Below are positions 39,019 through 50,123 of a stretch of 64,000 nucleotides of DNA, piece by piece. The DNA is taken from positions 1-64,000 of IMG/VR virus record IMGVR_UViG_2597489997_000001; one strand, written 5' to 3'. The position numbers were made by a program, and so were the translations under genes. Within the stretch, counting starts at the first letter, position 1, and the number at the start of each line of letters is the position of its first letter. Origin of the DNA: a virus (taxonomy: Duplodnaviria; Caudoviricetes). The notes under the pieces were generated by a model, which was given only the letters and a program-made list of their open reading frames with translations, made no database searches and was not told the origin of the DNA.

Positions 39019-39486
39019 ATGTACAGTATCGATAAGCGCGGTCTTACTTCGGCTATCGCTATCGCCCTAATACCTCAGTTCAAAAATGAAAATCCTGAAG
39101 AGGATCTTCTCACCTATAACTTTCACTTAGTGTTAGATATGGTGCTCGGGGTGATGAACAGCGATACCCGAAACATCGACGATGCTATTGACGACCAGTA
39201 CCGGTTGTATCCAGAGGAAAGGAACCTTGCATTTTTAGCTGAGGTCATCCGACTAGAAGTCATTGACATCAAAAAGCAATTTATGCAAGCTGGATTCGAT
39301 CGTCGATTGAAGTATAAGTTAGTGACACGGAATGTCGGTGCTCATAAGTTCTACGGGATTGCAATGGACCTCGATGCGACAACTATCGCATTAACCGAAG
39401 CGGAACCGGTAGTAGAAACTGACAATGCATTCGCCGTATCTCAGGAGCCATCGATCGATGAACTTGAAGCAGCTTTCAATTGGTAG
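39019..39486 (+). CDS. Hypothetical protein (core block)
   Basis: 155 aa in operon. Confidence 0.7.
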   Translation: MYSIDKRGLTSAIAIALIPQFKNENPEEDLLTYNFHLVLDMVLGVMNSDTRNIDDAIDDQYRLYPEERNLAFLAEVIRLEVIDIKKQFMQAGFDRRLKYKLVTRNVGAHKFYGIAMDLDATTIALTEAEPVVETDNAFAVSQEPSIDELEAAFNW

Positions 39487-40060
39487 GGAATTAATCAACT
39501 TCGTATCTTTCGATTCTCACATCATCGAAGCTGTTAATGAAAAGGCGATGTTTGCTCATCGTCTGGTTCGTCAGGAAGATATCCCCAGTATCGTGGATGG
39601 GTTAAGAGAATGGCTGATTCGTTCTGTTGGTATCTTTACGACGGTTGGATATTACCGCTCTCCTGATCTAAAGTTGTGGTTTGATGGTGAAACAATAATC
39701 GAAGAGTTTGATGAACTCCTTCTTAAGTTCAAAACCTTTCTTGAAGCTGAGAGAGGAATCGACTTAAAGGGTGAGTACAGCTTACTCCGTTATCGTGATA
39801 ACCTGAACTTCATCATGTTCGCCGGTAAGCCAATTGGTGACGTGACCAACGATCTAGGGATGCCGGTTTTTTCTGGTTTCTTAACAGAAGAAGAAGAAAT
39901 CAGGTTTGGTTATGCTCTGGAAGAAGCGAATCATTTCATCGAAGATCTTATCAGTCGGATGAATGATAAATTCGACGCTCTTGATAACGCAGAAGCATTT
40001 GTCAAAGAGTTGATTGGTGATAGACTTCCTGAAGTACTCAAACGCCACCTTTCCCAATGA
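39458..40060 (+). CDS. Hypothetical protein (core block)
   Basis: AGGAG SD before MNLKQLS. Confidence 0.65.
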   Translation: MNLKQLSIGRELINFVSFDSHIIEAVNEKAMFAHRLVRQEDIPSIVDGLREWLIRSVGIFTTVGYYRSPDLKLWFDGETIIEEFDELLLKFKTFLEAERGIDLKGEYSLLRYRDNLNFIMFAGKPIGDVTNDLGMPVFSGFLTEEEEIRFGYALEEANHFIEDLISRMNDKFDALDNAEAFVKELIGDRLPEVLKRHLSQ

Positions 40061-40068
40061 GGTAATAA

Positions 40069-40392
40069 ATGAGGAAGCCGGAACTTTATAGTTTCAACAT
40101 CTTCCCATTACTTCGAATAATCGATAGATACAAGCTGGATAGTACTCTCTTCTTTAAAATCATTCTGAATTTCCTCTCTCATCGCCGGGAGGAAATTCTT
40201 AATGTAGAACTGTCCAAATGGTTTAGCCCACATGACGTTCGTATTAAATTAGAGATGAAGCCTATTTTATACCAACTCATGCATGAGTTGAATCATTCGG
40301 ATAATGTGGAAGATTACTTCGTCTTAAACAAACGTTTCTATATTAAGGATCACCCTTATGACCCAACAGATGAGTTCGATGAATACACCTAA
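40069..40392 (+). CDS. Hypothetical protein
   Basis: GAGG SD. Confidence 0.65.
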   Translation: MRKPELYSFNIFPLLRIIDRYKLDSTLFFKIILNFLSHRREEILNVELSKWFSPHDVRIKLEMKPILYQLMHELNHSDNVEDYFVLNKRFYIKDHPYDPTDEFDEYT

Positions 40393-40681
40393 AGCGGTTT
40401 ATTCTCACTCGATACAATTTCCAGGTGTGGCTTTCACCACCCTGTTGAATTCCTGCATCCTGTTACTCAACGTCTATGGTATCAAGCACACGGCTCAGTA
40501 CGACCCAAGCTTCGATACCTCGGCCCTCACATCGGGCAACCCGACAGCAGACGCCAGATTCCAGAATGACTACATGAACTTCAAAATGATGTTGGATGGG
40601 CTACAGAGTCAATATTCCGATATTAGTTGCGACCTTCAGTCCAATGGATCTGTCCTGTACATGAAGTTTACCTGCAACTAG
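40358..40681 (+). CDS. Hypothetical protein
   Basis: AAGGA SD. Confidence 0.65.
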   Translation: MTQQMSSMNTPKAVYSHSIQFPGVAFTTLLNSCILLLNVYGIKHTAQYDPSFDTSALTSGNPTADARFQNDYMNFKMMLDGLQSQYSDISCDLQSNGSVLYMKFTCN

Positions 40682-40689
40682 GAAAACGT

Positions 40690-41316
40690 ATGTATGTTAA
40701 TCTGAATTGCTTCGACTACAACAAACTGTTATCGGGAATAGTCGAGCATTACAACTTGCAAGACGATTTAACAGATGAGACCATTGCACAGGTGTTCCGT
40801 AATCTGTCGAATCTGTATAGTTCCCGTGGTGATCTAGGAATCACTGAAGAAGAAGTCAAGATGGTTGAAAGCTTCCTTGGATTAACTGTATCGTACATCT
40901 CTTTCGAAGGCGAAGATTTTATCGCCATACAGGAACAGATCGATGACGGTCTTGATTCATTAGAAGCCCACTTAACACAGCAGGTCGATCAAGTTCCATA
41001 TGGGAGCTTTATTGAAAAATGGGTTATCGGTAAGTTTCTTAATGACGTGGATGTTGAGTCCTGCGAGTACTTTGAACAGGTCGCTCATTTCATAGAGTGT
41101 TTCGACAACATGATCCACCGATACATCACTGCGAAATCCATACCTGATTTTGGTCCTGGTGAGTTATTCGTTTTGGGCGAGATTGAGAAATACACTCATC
41201 CCTGTGAAGTAGTCACCAATATTAATGTGATCGACGTTCCTGGTACCAAAGTTCGCTATGGGAATTCTTTGATTACCTTCCCTCTCATTTTGGTGAATGT
41301 AACCGAAACCCATTAA
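40690..41316 (+). CDS. Acidic hypothetical protein
   Basis: AGGA SD before MYVNLNC. Confidence 0.65.
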   Translation: MYVNLNCFDYNKLLSGIVEHYNLQDDLTDETIAQVFRNLSNLYSSRGDLGITEEEVKMVESFLGLTVSYISFEGEDFIAIQEQIDDGLDSLEAHLTQQVDQVPYGSFIEKWVIGKFLNDVDVESCEYFEQVAHFIECFDNMIHRYITAKSIPDFGPGELFVLGEIEKYTHPCEVVTNINVIDVPGTKVRYGNSLITFPLILVNVTETH

Positions 41317-41325
41317 GGAGATCTC

Positions 41326-41748
41326 ATGGCCAGCTTAAAAACTCTGAAGAAGGACGATATTGTCAACTTTGACATGCTTCGTCCTGGTATCTTCGGAGAC
41401 CAATATAAGGGCGCGGTAATCGCGTCCATTGGTGATTTCAACGTAGCCCGTCTGGTCGATCCAGATGTCGCTCAAAAACACGCCAGCTTTTATCCTTTCT
41501 TCAAGGATAAAGTTGACAACGTCGATAACCCCGCTATCTATGATTACCTGATTCTTCAGTTGGATAAAACCAAGCCCAACTTGATTGCAATCGGGTTCCC
41601 ATGGATTAATGAAGGGTCTCTGAAAACAATCACCACCAGACAAGCTGTTGTCATCATTCGTGAATTCCAAGAATATCATCGCGCTGCGCTGACCGATTTC
41701 CTGGAAGGAATGAACGTTGATTACACTTTGACCATCGACGATCAGTAA
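41326..41748 (+). CDS. Conserved phiKZ-like hypothetical protein
   Basis: AAGGAG SD; directly upstream of the polymerase gene. Confidence 0.7.
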   Translation: MASLKTLKKDDIVNFDMLRPGIFGDQYKGAVIASIGDFNVARLVDPDVAQKHASFYPFFKDKVDNVDNPAIYDYLILQLDKTKPNLIAIGFPWINEGSLKTITTRQAVVIIREFQEYHRAALTDFLEGMNVDYTLTIDDQ

Positions 41749-41841
41749 GAAAAATAATATCCTATTACTGGACCTACCATAAGGTAGGTCTGGTAATATT
41801 AAGATTACCCAATTATTTTTTTTCTCCGTTGAGGAAAGTGT

Positions 41842-43920
41842 ATGTCTGGAGTAGGTCCTTTTCTCTCTGAAAACTATGAGAGCGATCGCAATCTGTTAAA
41901 ACACGCGATCAGTCAGTACAGCATGATGGTTAGCCGTAGCCAAGGTTTAGATGAAGACGAAGTTAAACGAAACTTTGTTGAGTTCTTTAAAGGTAACAAA
42001 GATAAGTTCAAATCACTGAGAGCTAAGGTTATCGTTAAGAACAAGATGGAAGACCGTGAGATGAAAATCTTACCTTTGTCATCTGTCTTTAAATATGTTC
42101 AGGAAAAGAACTATCACTTATCTCCATCAATGGTGGCTTACACTCACTCTGATGAAGAAGAATGTGTTAACTCGATTGGTACCCGTCTATTCATCGATAA
42201 CCGATCCTACTATAAACAGTTGATGCAGAAAGCCCGCGACGCCGGTGACAACGAAAACCGTGATAAGTATAAAGAAATCCAGAACGCCTTTAAGATCTTT
42301 AACAACGCCCAATCCGGTGCCATGTCATCCGAAGGTACACCAATTAACAATAAGACGGGTCATACATCATTGACCTCTACTTGTCGTTGCTTAACATCTA
42401 CAGCTAACCTGATCAACGAACAGTTCATTGCCGGTAACCACTTCTATAACACACCAGAGAACACGTTACAGTCAATCATGGCTCGTCTACAGGTAACGGA
42501 TTACAAGCTGTTAGAAAGCGTTATGGAGAAGTACAAGCTGCATTATGCAACAACCGAAGACTTGATGGAATCCATTCATTATTGTTCACGTCGTTATTGG
42601 ACGTCAGCAAAACACATGGCGATCATCGAACACTTCTTAATGCACATTTCTCCGCTGGAACGTTCTGCGCTTCTTTATACCCTTGACCTGGTATCTTTGT
42701 TCAAACATAACAAAGAGTTCGTTAGTGGATTCTTCGATGAGTGGGTTTCTATGAATCCGCCTGAAGAAGGGAAAACAGAGAAAGATTACCTGGCTCCGGA
42801 TAACGGTGACAAGTACGTACTCTGTGTATCCAAACTCCACCGTAAACCAAGTAAGGTAGAGGTCAACGCACTGAACACTCGACATATGGAAGTTGAGGCT
42901 AAGTACTCAGACTTCATGAAGATCTTCTTCAACTCCCCAATTCCACCGTCTGGTCTGTTCGATGTAACTTCCTCTATCCGTGACTGTGTATTGACTTCCG
43001 ATACTGACTCCTCCATTTATACAGTGGACGAAATGATCGAAGCATATACTCATGACCGTGAGAAAGGTGTTAACCTGAACGGCGTTCTGACTTACTTCAT
43101 CCGCATGATCTCTGTTGACCAACACCAACAGCTCTCAGCTAACTTAAACGTGGCTAAGAAGAACCTGCGTATGCTGGGTATGAAGAACGAATACTATTTC
43201 GGTGCTTATGTTACCACGCTGATGTCCAAACACTATTATGCTAGCCAGCAGATGGTTGAAGGTGTTCGTAACTCAGAACCTGAAATGGAAATCAAAGGGG
43301 TTCACCTTAAATCTTCTAAGATCGCATCGAACATTAAAGACTTCGCTCAGAAACTCATGGGTGATACTTTAGATGCTATCGAGCACAAGAAGAAACTCAG
43401 CCCAGCTGAAACGCTGAAAGAGATTGGTGACCTGGAACGTACCATCGTTGATGACATTCAAGCTGGTGATTGGAAATGGTTATCTCGTCAGGGTGTTAAG
43501 GGTTCTGCTTCTTACTCTAAACCTATGGCATCGGTATACTTCTATCACGAACTGTGGGAGAATGTATTCGCTGAGAAATATGGTCCGGCTCCAGAACTTC
43601 CATACACTGGCGTTAAGATGTCAGTTGATTTGGGTAGTAAGACCAAGGTTAAGGAATTCATAGAACGTCTGGAAGATAAAGCATTAGCTGACCGCTTCTT
43701 GAAGTTCATGGAATCCACTGGTCGTACTGATTTGGGTAACTTGGTTGTTCCTATGGAACGTATGCAGTTCCTTGCCGACATTCCAATTGAGATCAAACAA
43801 GCTATCGATTATCGTACAGTAATCAAACAAAACCTGAAGTGTGTTTATGAAGTTCTGAACTCCACAGGCTTGTACTTTATGAATGATTCAATCAGTCGTC
43901 TGGTTAGTGACGAACACTAA
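41842..43920 (+). CDS. Family B DNA polymerase, polymerase-domain subunit (phiKZ gp50-like split polymerase)
   Basis: KIFNNAQSG (motif B), SDTDSS (motif C), KHYYA and EIKGVHL. Confidence 0.85.
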   Translation: MSGVGPFLSENYESDRNLLKHAISQYSMMVSRSQGLDEDEVKRNFVEFFKGNKDKFKSLRAKVIVKNKMEDREMKILPLSSVFKYVQEKNYHLSPSMVAYTHSDEEECVNSIGTRLFIDNRSYYKQLMQKARDAGDNENRDKYKEIQNAFKIFNNAQSGAMSSEGTPINNKTGHTSLTSTCRCLTSTANLINEQFIAGNHFYNTPENTLQSIMARLQVTDYKLLESVMEKYKLHYATTEDLMESIHYCSRRYWTSAKHMAIIEHFLMHISPLERSALLYTLDLVSLFKHNKEFVSGFFDEWVSMNPPEEGKTEKDYLAPDNGDKYVLCVSKLHRKPSKVEVNALNTRHMEVEAKYSDFMKIFFNSPIPPSGLFDVTSSIRDCVLTSDTDSSIYTVDEMIEAYTHDREKGVNLNGVLTYFIRMISVDQHQQLSANLNVAKKNLRMLGMKNEYYFGAYVTTLMSKHYYASQQMVEGVRNSEPEMEIKGVHLKSSKIASNIKDFAQKLMGDTLDAIEHKKKLSPAETLKEIGDLERTIVDDIQAGDWKWLSRQGVKGSASYSKPMASVYFYHELWENVFAEKYGPAPELPYTGVKMSVDLGSKTKVKEFIERLEDKALADRFLKFMESTGRTDLGNLVVPMERMQFLADIPIEIKQAIDYRTVIKQNLKCVYEVLNSTGLYFMNDSISRLVSDEH

Positions 43921-43942
43921 TAATCTTATGAAAACAATTTGA

Positions 43943-43971
43943 AACTCTACCCGGGATCACCGGGTAGAGTT
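43943..43971. terminator. Bidirectional terminator hairpin
   Basis: AACTCTACCCGG-GATCA-CCGGGTAGAGTT between convergent genes. Confidence 0.75.
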
Positions 43972-43987
43972 CCTGTTGTATGTGTGT

Positions 43988-45085
43988 TTATGAAACTTTT
44001 GCTTTAACGGTGTTCCAGAGATTGGTGAAGTGATCTGCCCAAACTTTATCCTTGATCTGTCCAACCTGAGTCTGTAATGGGAACTTATCGAAATAGATCC
44101 TCAGTTCAGAGTTCAGCTGACCATCAATAGTCCCAAGGAATACGTTATAGTCCAAATACTTCCTCACAAGCCCCAGAGAGCCCATTGTCCATATCCAGGA
44201 CATCTGCATAAAGAAGATGGATTTAAACGCCTCAGGGAAGTAGAAGCGGTTCTTATCCACTATTGGGTTGGTGACTTCATTAACCAGATAGAAGTTAGTA
44301 AATGACTTCATCTGAGTGCCCATGAATACCTTCTTCTTGAAGTTAACGTAATCCGCTAACTTACTTTCAAAAGCCTCATAGTTCCAGCTACCTTTAATAG
44401 CCTGGATCTTACCTTCATACTGATTTAAGTAATTGAGGTTAACCAGTTCGTTATGGTAGATGTAACAGTTCATTAACGGATAACCAGCAAGATACCCATG
44501 AGGGGAATTACCCCAAGCTTTCCCTTCCTTCAATGTTCTCCAGAACCCAATGATCAACGCATAAGGGTCAATCTGGACAATGGTGTATAAAGGACGGCTA
44601 GCACTGTAGTTCTGGGTATTGAGGAGTTGCATGATATCTAACCGCTGTAATGTATCAGTGGTATAGATCGGAACCAAAGGAACCAATTCATGTAAACTCT
44701 TACTGAGGTATTCATTAATTTGTACACGGTCGGGTTTGCCGAACGGAACAACCAGAAGAGTGTTGTGATTGTCTTCTGGGTATATGGACTTGATGTGGTT
44801 CTTTCCTCTATTATACAGGCTGGTCAAATCAGACAAGCTCGCATACTGTTGGAGTTTATTATCGATCACATTAATTAAGTATTCCGGAGACCATTCTAGG
44901 TTAACCGAAAAACTCAACAAGAACTGAACTAATGGATGTTGGTTAGGGAGTGTCCGATTGCCAAGGTCAATATAGTCTTTAAAACTATTATTGTTCCTCT
45001 GCATGATTCTGCGAAGGTTTCCTAATTCGCCATAATTCTGTATCGGATTGCTCACCCCATTATTGGACAATGTGAAATATGACAT
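43988..45085 (-). CDS. Conserved hypothetical protein, divergent from chimallin
   Basis: 365 aa ORF. Confidence 0.7.
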   Translation of the reverse strand: MSYFTLSNNGVSNPIQNYGELGNLRRIMQRNNNSFKDYIDLGNRTLPNQHPLVQFLLSFSVNLEWSPEYLINVIDNKLQQYASLSDLTSLYNRGKNHIKSIYPEDNHNTLLVVPFGKPDRVQINEYLSKSLHELVPLVPIYTTDTLQRLDIMQLLNTQNYSASRPLYTIVQIDPYALIIGFWRTLKEGKAWGNSPHGYLAGYPLMNCYIYHNELVNLNYLNQYEGKIQAIKGSWNYEAFESKLADYVNFKKKVFMGTQMKSFTNFYLVNEVTNPIVDKNRFYFPEAFKSIFFMQMSWIWTMGSLGLVRKYLDYNVFLGTIDGQLNSELRIYFDKFPLQTQVGQIKDKVWADHFTNLWNTVKAKVS

Positions 45086-45241
45086 TGATGGGAGCCCCAG
45101 AAAGCTATCAGTAATTTTTTACTGATAGATTGTATATTATGTAAACTAACATTCAAGCCACGTGCTTGAGTGTAAGACGGGAGTCGTACGTTTATTTGGC
45201 AAGTATACATACGATCAACTGTCAAATTTTTATGCGCCTAT

Positions 45242-45262
45242 AATATTTGAAGTCTATATTAT
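45242..45262 (+). promoter_or_regulatory. Putative early promoter of the chimallin operon
   Basis: AATATTTGAAGTCTATATTAT followed by TATGGTGTA. Confidence 0.5.
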
Positions 45263-45348
45263 TATGGTGTATAAGGAAACAAATGTTTTCTATATTTCTC
45301 CCACTAGTGTAAATTAACGTTAATTCATATATTAAGTAAGGAATAATT

Positions 45349-47256
45349 ATGTCCCTCGATACCATCAACAACGGCAACAACAACTCTTCTTCTAACAACG
45401 CTGGTAACTCTCAAATGAAAAGTTCCGAAAATGCTCTGTTCGCTCTGCTGGGTCAATCTAACCTGATCTCCTCTACTCACAACATCACCGAAGTTTCTGA
45501 TGTTGTTAAGTCCCTGGAAGAAATGGTTAAACACCTGGATAAGAACACCGCAAGCCAGGCGCAGAAACTGTCTCTGCCACGCAACATCCGTAACGTCACT
45601 TCCGACATCAGCCCGCAGCTGCCAGGTATCATCCTGTCTACCGTTGTTAACGCGACTGCATACGTTCAGCCGGTTCTGTTCTTCAAAGTGGGTGTAACTG
45701 AAGTTACCGAAACTATCGTTCTGGCTAACGAAGCAATGCCACGTGGTATCGCTAAAGTTCCAACTTCCTTCATGACTCAGGAAGTAATGGAAAAAGTGAA
45801 ATCCGCATACGCATTCGTTGACAGCAAACAAATGGACAAAGTTGTTATCCTGTCTCCAATGGTTCTGAACCTGGAGAAGTTCATCAAGAACTCTCTGAAG
45901 TACGAAGACATGATCGCCGACGTTCGCAACGTTCTGCTGAAAGAGTGGAACACTGGTCTGTACAACACCGTAGTTCTGGATGTTGCCAAAGCTGGTGCTG
46001 AATTCCCTAACCCGTTCAAAGACGGTAAACTGTTCGGTAAAGACGATGCAGCAGTAGCTCGTATCGAACCTATCAACAAACAGTCTATCGACGGCGTACC
46101 GGTTCCGTACAACCTGGCAGTTAAACTGGCTACCACCAACAAAAACAACACTCAGAACATGAACAGCAACAACACTAAGTCTGTTGCAACTTCTTACCTG
46201 ACTGTTAGCCTGGAAGCGATGTCTCAGCAGCAGTTCATGGCTGCGAAGATGGCTCGTCCTGGCGCAAACGTTGGACCTCTGGTTCCAGTGATCTCTACCG
46301 GCGTAACCGTACCAGGCGAAACCCTGAACAACAACAACTCCATGTTGACCGCAGCACTGGGTCTGTACGCATCTATCGGTGCAAACCAGATGCAGTTCTT
46401 CTCTGAAGCATTCCGTGGTAAAGAAGTGGGTCACCGTGGTAACCTGTCTAACTTCAACTACTACCTGTCTCAGATCCTTCAGGGCGCGTACAGCACTCCT
46501 CAGTTCATCACTGATAAGAACATCACCAACGCCAACGCAGTTAACGACTGGCTGCAACGCTATGTAGCTCCGAACGCAGTATACGTTCTGGATCTGGGTA
46601 GCTTCGGTGAAGATGTTTCTAACTCTGATTTCTGGTGGAACGTGATCGTTAAGCCTTCTGGCTCTACTTATCACCGTGCGCTGGTTAACCTGCTGGACGT
46701 TCTGTCTGGTGGCGCATTCAGCAAAATCGCTGCTGAGAACGCATCTAAGCCAAACCGTGATCCACGTAAAGACTGGGCACCTGGCGATGCAATCCTGAAA
46801 CCAACCAACATCATCATGCCTTCTGGTATTGCACAGGGTAAAGATGGTAAGTGGTTCGACCTGGCAGAAGTTGACGGCATGTTCCTGCGTCAGGACAACT
46901 ACTACGGTCAGAACGAAATCGCTGTAAACGAATACCTGGGTCTGGTATGTGGTTCAATGGGCGGCGATGCGAAAGTTCGTCAGTTCAACATCTACAACCG
47001 TCTGAACCAGCTGTTCGGCACCAACGTAATCGTTGATGGTTGGAAACGTCGTTTCGTGTGGGAAGATTCCTTCTTCAACACCTTCGCTAAAGCGATGGCT
47101 TCTGCTGGTATGCTGTCTATGTCTGCATCTAACCTGGGTGCAATGTGGACTCACCAGTTCAGCAACGACTACCTGACCAGCACCATGACTGCAATGCTGT
47201 CTCAGAACTTCGGTTCAGGCGCAATGGCATTCAACGGCGGTTACTCCCACTACTAA
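45349..47256 (+). CDS. chmA: Chimallin, phage nuclear shell protein (phiKZ gp54-like)
   Basis: 635 aa, strong high-expression codon bias, low-complexity termini, directly upstream of the nvRNAP beta' gene as in phiKZ-like phages. Confidence 0.85.
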   Translation: MSLDTINNGNNNSSSNNAGNSQMKSSENALFALLGQSNLISSTHNITEVSDVVKSLEEMVKHLDKNTASQAQKLSLPRNIRNVTSDISPQLPGIILSTVVNATAYVQPVLFFKVGVTEVTETIVLANEAMPRGIAKVPTSFMTQEVMEKVKSAYAFVDSKQMDKVVILSPMVLNLEKFIKNSLKYEDMIADVRNVLLKEWNTGLYNTVVLDVAKAGAEFPNPFKDGKLFGKDDAAVARIEPINKQSIDGVPVPYNLAVKLATTNKNNTQNMNSNNTKSVATSYLTVSLEAMSQQQFMAAKMARPGANVGPLVPVISTGVTVPGETLNNNNSMLTAALGLYASIGANQMQFFSEAFRGKEVGHRGNLSNFNYYLSQILQGAYSTPQFITDKNITNANAVNDWLQRYVAPNAVYVLDLGSFGEDVSNSDFWWNVIVKPSGSTYHRALVNLLDVLSGGAFSKIAAENASKPNRDPRKDWAPGDAILKPTNIIMPSGIAQGKDGKWFDLAEVDGMFLRQDNYYGQNEIAVNEYLGLVCGSMGGDAKVRQFNIYNRLNQLFGTNVIVDGWKRRFVWEDSFFNTFAKAMASAGMLSMSASNLGAMWTHQFSNDYLTSTMTAMLSQNFGSGAMAFNGGYSHY

Positions 47257-47317
47257 TACGTAGTGTGTAAGTTGTAAAGTGTAAACGACAAGGAGAGCGG
47301 GTGCAAGCCTGTTCTCC

Positions 47318-48940
47318 TTGTTTTACTTTAGAGAGGTTTATTTTTTAATGACTAATACCGTAGCCGACATTCTGAACAAGTTCTCTGATGAGAATATGAT
47401 TCCTTCTATCTTGTTCGATACAATGTTGAAAGACACCGGCATTAAACATCCTGGCGACGACGAAAGTTTCTATTCACCACTGTATCCTGACTTCGAAGAC
47501 TTCGATCTCAAACACGATACATCTATAGTTGCTCCGGTATATCTGAATGACTTCGACTTTAACATCGAAGAAGACCGCGAAGCAATCATCGAACTTCTGC
47601 GTACCGAATTCGAAGGTAACAACTTTGACACCGTAGCGAGCTGTCAATGTAAGAAGTATCGTTGGAATGGTTATCTGGGTTCTGAGTTCGTTTGTGATAA
47701 CTGTGGGCATAAGGTCACCAAACCCCTTACTGCTCGTATTGAAACCAAAGTCTGGTTAAAACGTCCAGCTTATGTATCTGGATTTGTTAGTCCAGCCATG
47801 TATGCTGTATTCTTTAGTAAGCTCAATACCAAATCTCCGAAAGTAAACTTAGTTGACTACTGGGTGAACTCTCAGATTCGTAATGAGAAACGTTTTAAAG
47901 ATCCAGCCAACAATGCGTTTAAGATTGCGGCTAAACTGGAAGCCTTCCGCAATACACTGGGAATTGAATTCGGGTATAACAGTTTCATCGACAACATCGA
48001 CCTGATCATCCGTGGTGCAGTTGAACACGATGTGAGTAAGGTACTGGACCTGACTGAAAATGACCGTCGTCATTATGCGTTGTTCTGGGAACGTTATCGT
48101 ACCAAAGCTGTATTTAAGTATCTCCCACTCCCTAACAAAATCACCACAGTCGTTGAATCGGATCAACGTGACCGCTATGTAAACAAAGAGCAAACAGATC
48201 TGGATAAGATCTACTTTACTCTGGCTGACACCTATCCGATCGATGATGTTCGAGCTGATGAGAACGAAGACTTAATGGGCCAGAACCTGAAACCATTAGT
48301 CGATGCATTAGCTGAAGTACAGAAGAACATTCTGTTCGGTAAGAAAGGTATGATTCGCTATCATGCTGGCGCAGGTAAGTTGCCATTTACTGGTCGTTCT
48401 ATTATTACCGGTGAATCTGGCGTCTGTCGTTCTGATACAATCATTCTTCCTTGGTTGTATGGTCTGACTTGTCTGGATAAACATCTTACGAACTGGTTGT
48501 ATCGTAAGGGTTATACTCCGATGAAGATCAAGGAGATTATCCGAACAGCTGCTCACACCCGACATCCTGTAATCGAAGAGTTCTATAACTGGATCGAAAC
48601 CAATCGCTATGCGATGGCTACGGCTGGTCGAAATCCATCGATTCAATATCTGTCTGCTCGTGGGTTCTTCGTTAAGTTCAACCGTGATCTTGACGATAAG
48701 TCCATCCGTATTCCAATCACCACCGTTAAGGAGTTTGGTGCGGACTTCGATGGCGACCAGATGTACGTTATCTTCATCCCGGATATGATTTCTAAAGCGG
48801 AAGCATATTCTAGCTGGGGTCACCATCAGATGTTGGACCCGAATAAGCCATTTAAGGTTTCTCGTTTCGGTACCCATACCAAAACTAACTTATTAAATAT
48901 CAACTCGTTGTTACTTAACGAACCAATTGAGGAGAGTTGA
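47318..48940 (+). CDS. Non-virion RNA polymerase beta' N-terminal/catalytic subunit (phiKZ gp55-like)
   Basis: Zn ribbon SCQC..CDNC, GKKGMIR, FTGRSIIT, RNPS, ADFDGD; true start probably MTNTVAD. Confidence 0.92.
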   Translation: MFYFREVYFLMTNTVADILNKFSDENMIPSILFDTMLKDTGIKHPGDDESFYSPLYPDFEDFDLKHDTSIVAPVYLNDFDFNIEEDREAIIELLRTEFEGNNFDTVASCQCKKYRWNGYLGSEFVCDNCGHKVTKPLTARIETKVWLKRPAYVSGFVSPAMYAVFFSKLNTKSPKVNLVDYWVNSQIRNEKRFKDPANNAFKIAAKLEAFRNTLGIEFGYNSFIDNIDLIIRGAVEHDVSKVLDLTENDRRHYALFWERYRTKAVFKYLPLPNKITTVVESDQRDRYVNKEQTDLDKIYFTLADTYPIDDVRADENEDLMGQNLKPLVDALAEVQKNILFGKKGMIRYHAGAGKLPFTGRSIITGESGVCRSDTIILPWLYGLTCLDKHLTNWLYRKGYTPMKIKEIIRTAAHTRHPVIEEFYNWIETNRYAMATAGRNPSIQYLSARGFFVKFNRDLDDKSIRIPITTVKEFGADFDGDQMYVIFIPDMISKAEAYSSWGHHQMLDPNKPFKVSRFGTHTKTNLLNINSLLLNEPIEES

Positions 48941-49611
48941 TGAACGCAACAAGTGCATTCACTCGAGCTTGTAGTGGATCCATGACGGAAGCTTCTGCTG
49001 GAGCATTCAATAACTTTATGAATGGCTTCTATGAGAAGTATGACAATCTGTCGGGCTGGCTTGGTGAAACACTGACTTCCGTTAAAGACGCTCATAATAA
49101 CTTTATGAGTAGCCGTATGTGGGAATTCAGTAACCGAGTCAATGGTAAAGATGGTACATATGTAGGTCGTTTCGAAATCGGCTATCTGTCTGAAGTTAAG
49201 TATCAACAACAGGCGACTGGTTTCATGCGAGATTACATTATGGCCAACCCACTGTTGATGGGTCTTTATGAAGAAGATCGTGTATCTGGTTATGACGGTG
49301 ATTTCAATGCCCTCTGTTCTGGCATTGGACGTGATAACTATTTCTTCAATAAGGCTAACGACGGTAAGGTCATCTTCGATGCAGAGAAAGAAACTCTGAA
49401 CAGAACTGTCTATACCAGCTCACGTGATCAACTGACTCACCTCGGATTCTCTGAGCGTGTTGACATCCACCGTACTTGGCAGGCTACCAATCTCCATATC
49501 GCTAAAGGTCTATTTGACCCAACTAGCATCACTGGTGGGAATATCCTGTCTCTGGAAGAAGTTGAAGAACTGCGTCAGCAACGTGAGGAGCGATCGAGCT
49601 CTGAAGAATAA
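48937..49611 (+). CDS. Conserved hypothetical protein
   Basis: Coupled to the RNAP gene, GAGG SD. Confidence 0.7.
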   Translation: MMNATSAFTRACSGSMTEASAGAFNNFMNGFYEKYDNLSGWLGETLTSVKDAHNNFMSSRMWEFSNRVNGKDGTYVGRFEIGYLSEVKYQQQATGFMRDYIMANPLLMGLYEEDRVSGYDGDFNALCSGIGRDNYFFNKANDGKVIFDAEKETLNRTVYTSSRDQLTHLGFSERVDIHRTWQATNLHIAKGLFDPTSITGGNILSLEEVEELRQQREERSSSEE

Positions 49612-49688
49612 CTAGAATTGTAATAGGGTGGAAACACCCTATTACTTTTCACACATCGCTTATTTTTTTTTGTTTCAAACGGAGAGTT

Positions 49689-50114
49689 ATGGACCTCGTA
49701 ACTAACACCCACCTTAAAGTGCCAAACATTAAGCGTTCTGATGTAGAGCGTTTAATCCTTGAAAATAAAATAGATGACGAGGGTAGAATGCTTGTACATA
49801 AGGACGACCTGGTTAATGTAAAACGCCCAGCCGATAACCCAAACCGCTTTAAAGCTTATAATGCCAAAGGTACCAAATTGGGTGTTATTGAATTTCAGCA
49901 AGGTTTTGTGGATGAAGAGAAAGGTGCCAATGGTTTGACTAATGAAGCAGTCATTGCAATTGCATTAGACCGTATCAAGTCACAAAACCAAGGCAAGTTC
50001 AAATCCCCACAGAACGATGCTGCCATCGAATGTCTTCAGGGTGCATTAGTTGCCCTGCGCCATCGTAATGATGACCGCAAAGAACGTGGTGTATCTAACA
50101 CGGATCAAAAATAA
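49689..50114 (+). CDS. tad1: Tad1-like anti-Thoeris/anti-CBASS sponge
   Basis: IEFQQG..EE...NG......I..DR......GKF.S..N..A......AL..L..R..DR.ERGV matches the Tad1 pattern. Confidence 0.8.
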   Translation: MDLVTNTHLKVPNIKRSDVERLILENKIDDEGRMLVHKDDLVNVKRPADNPNRFKAYNAKGTKLGVIEFQQGFVDEEKGANGLTNEAVIAIALDRIKSQNQGKFKSPQNDAAIECLQGALVALRHRNDDRKERGVSNTDQK

Positions 50115-50123
50115 GGTATATAA

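Noticed and set aside
45325-46674. 449-aa minus-strand ORF
   Set aside because: Antisense shadow of chimallin caused by strong codon bias
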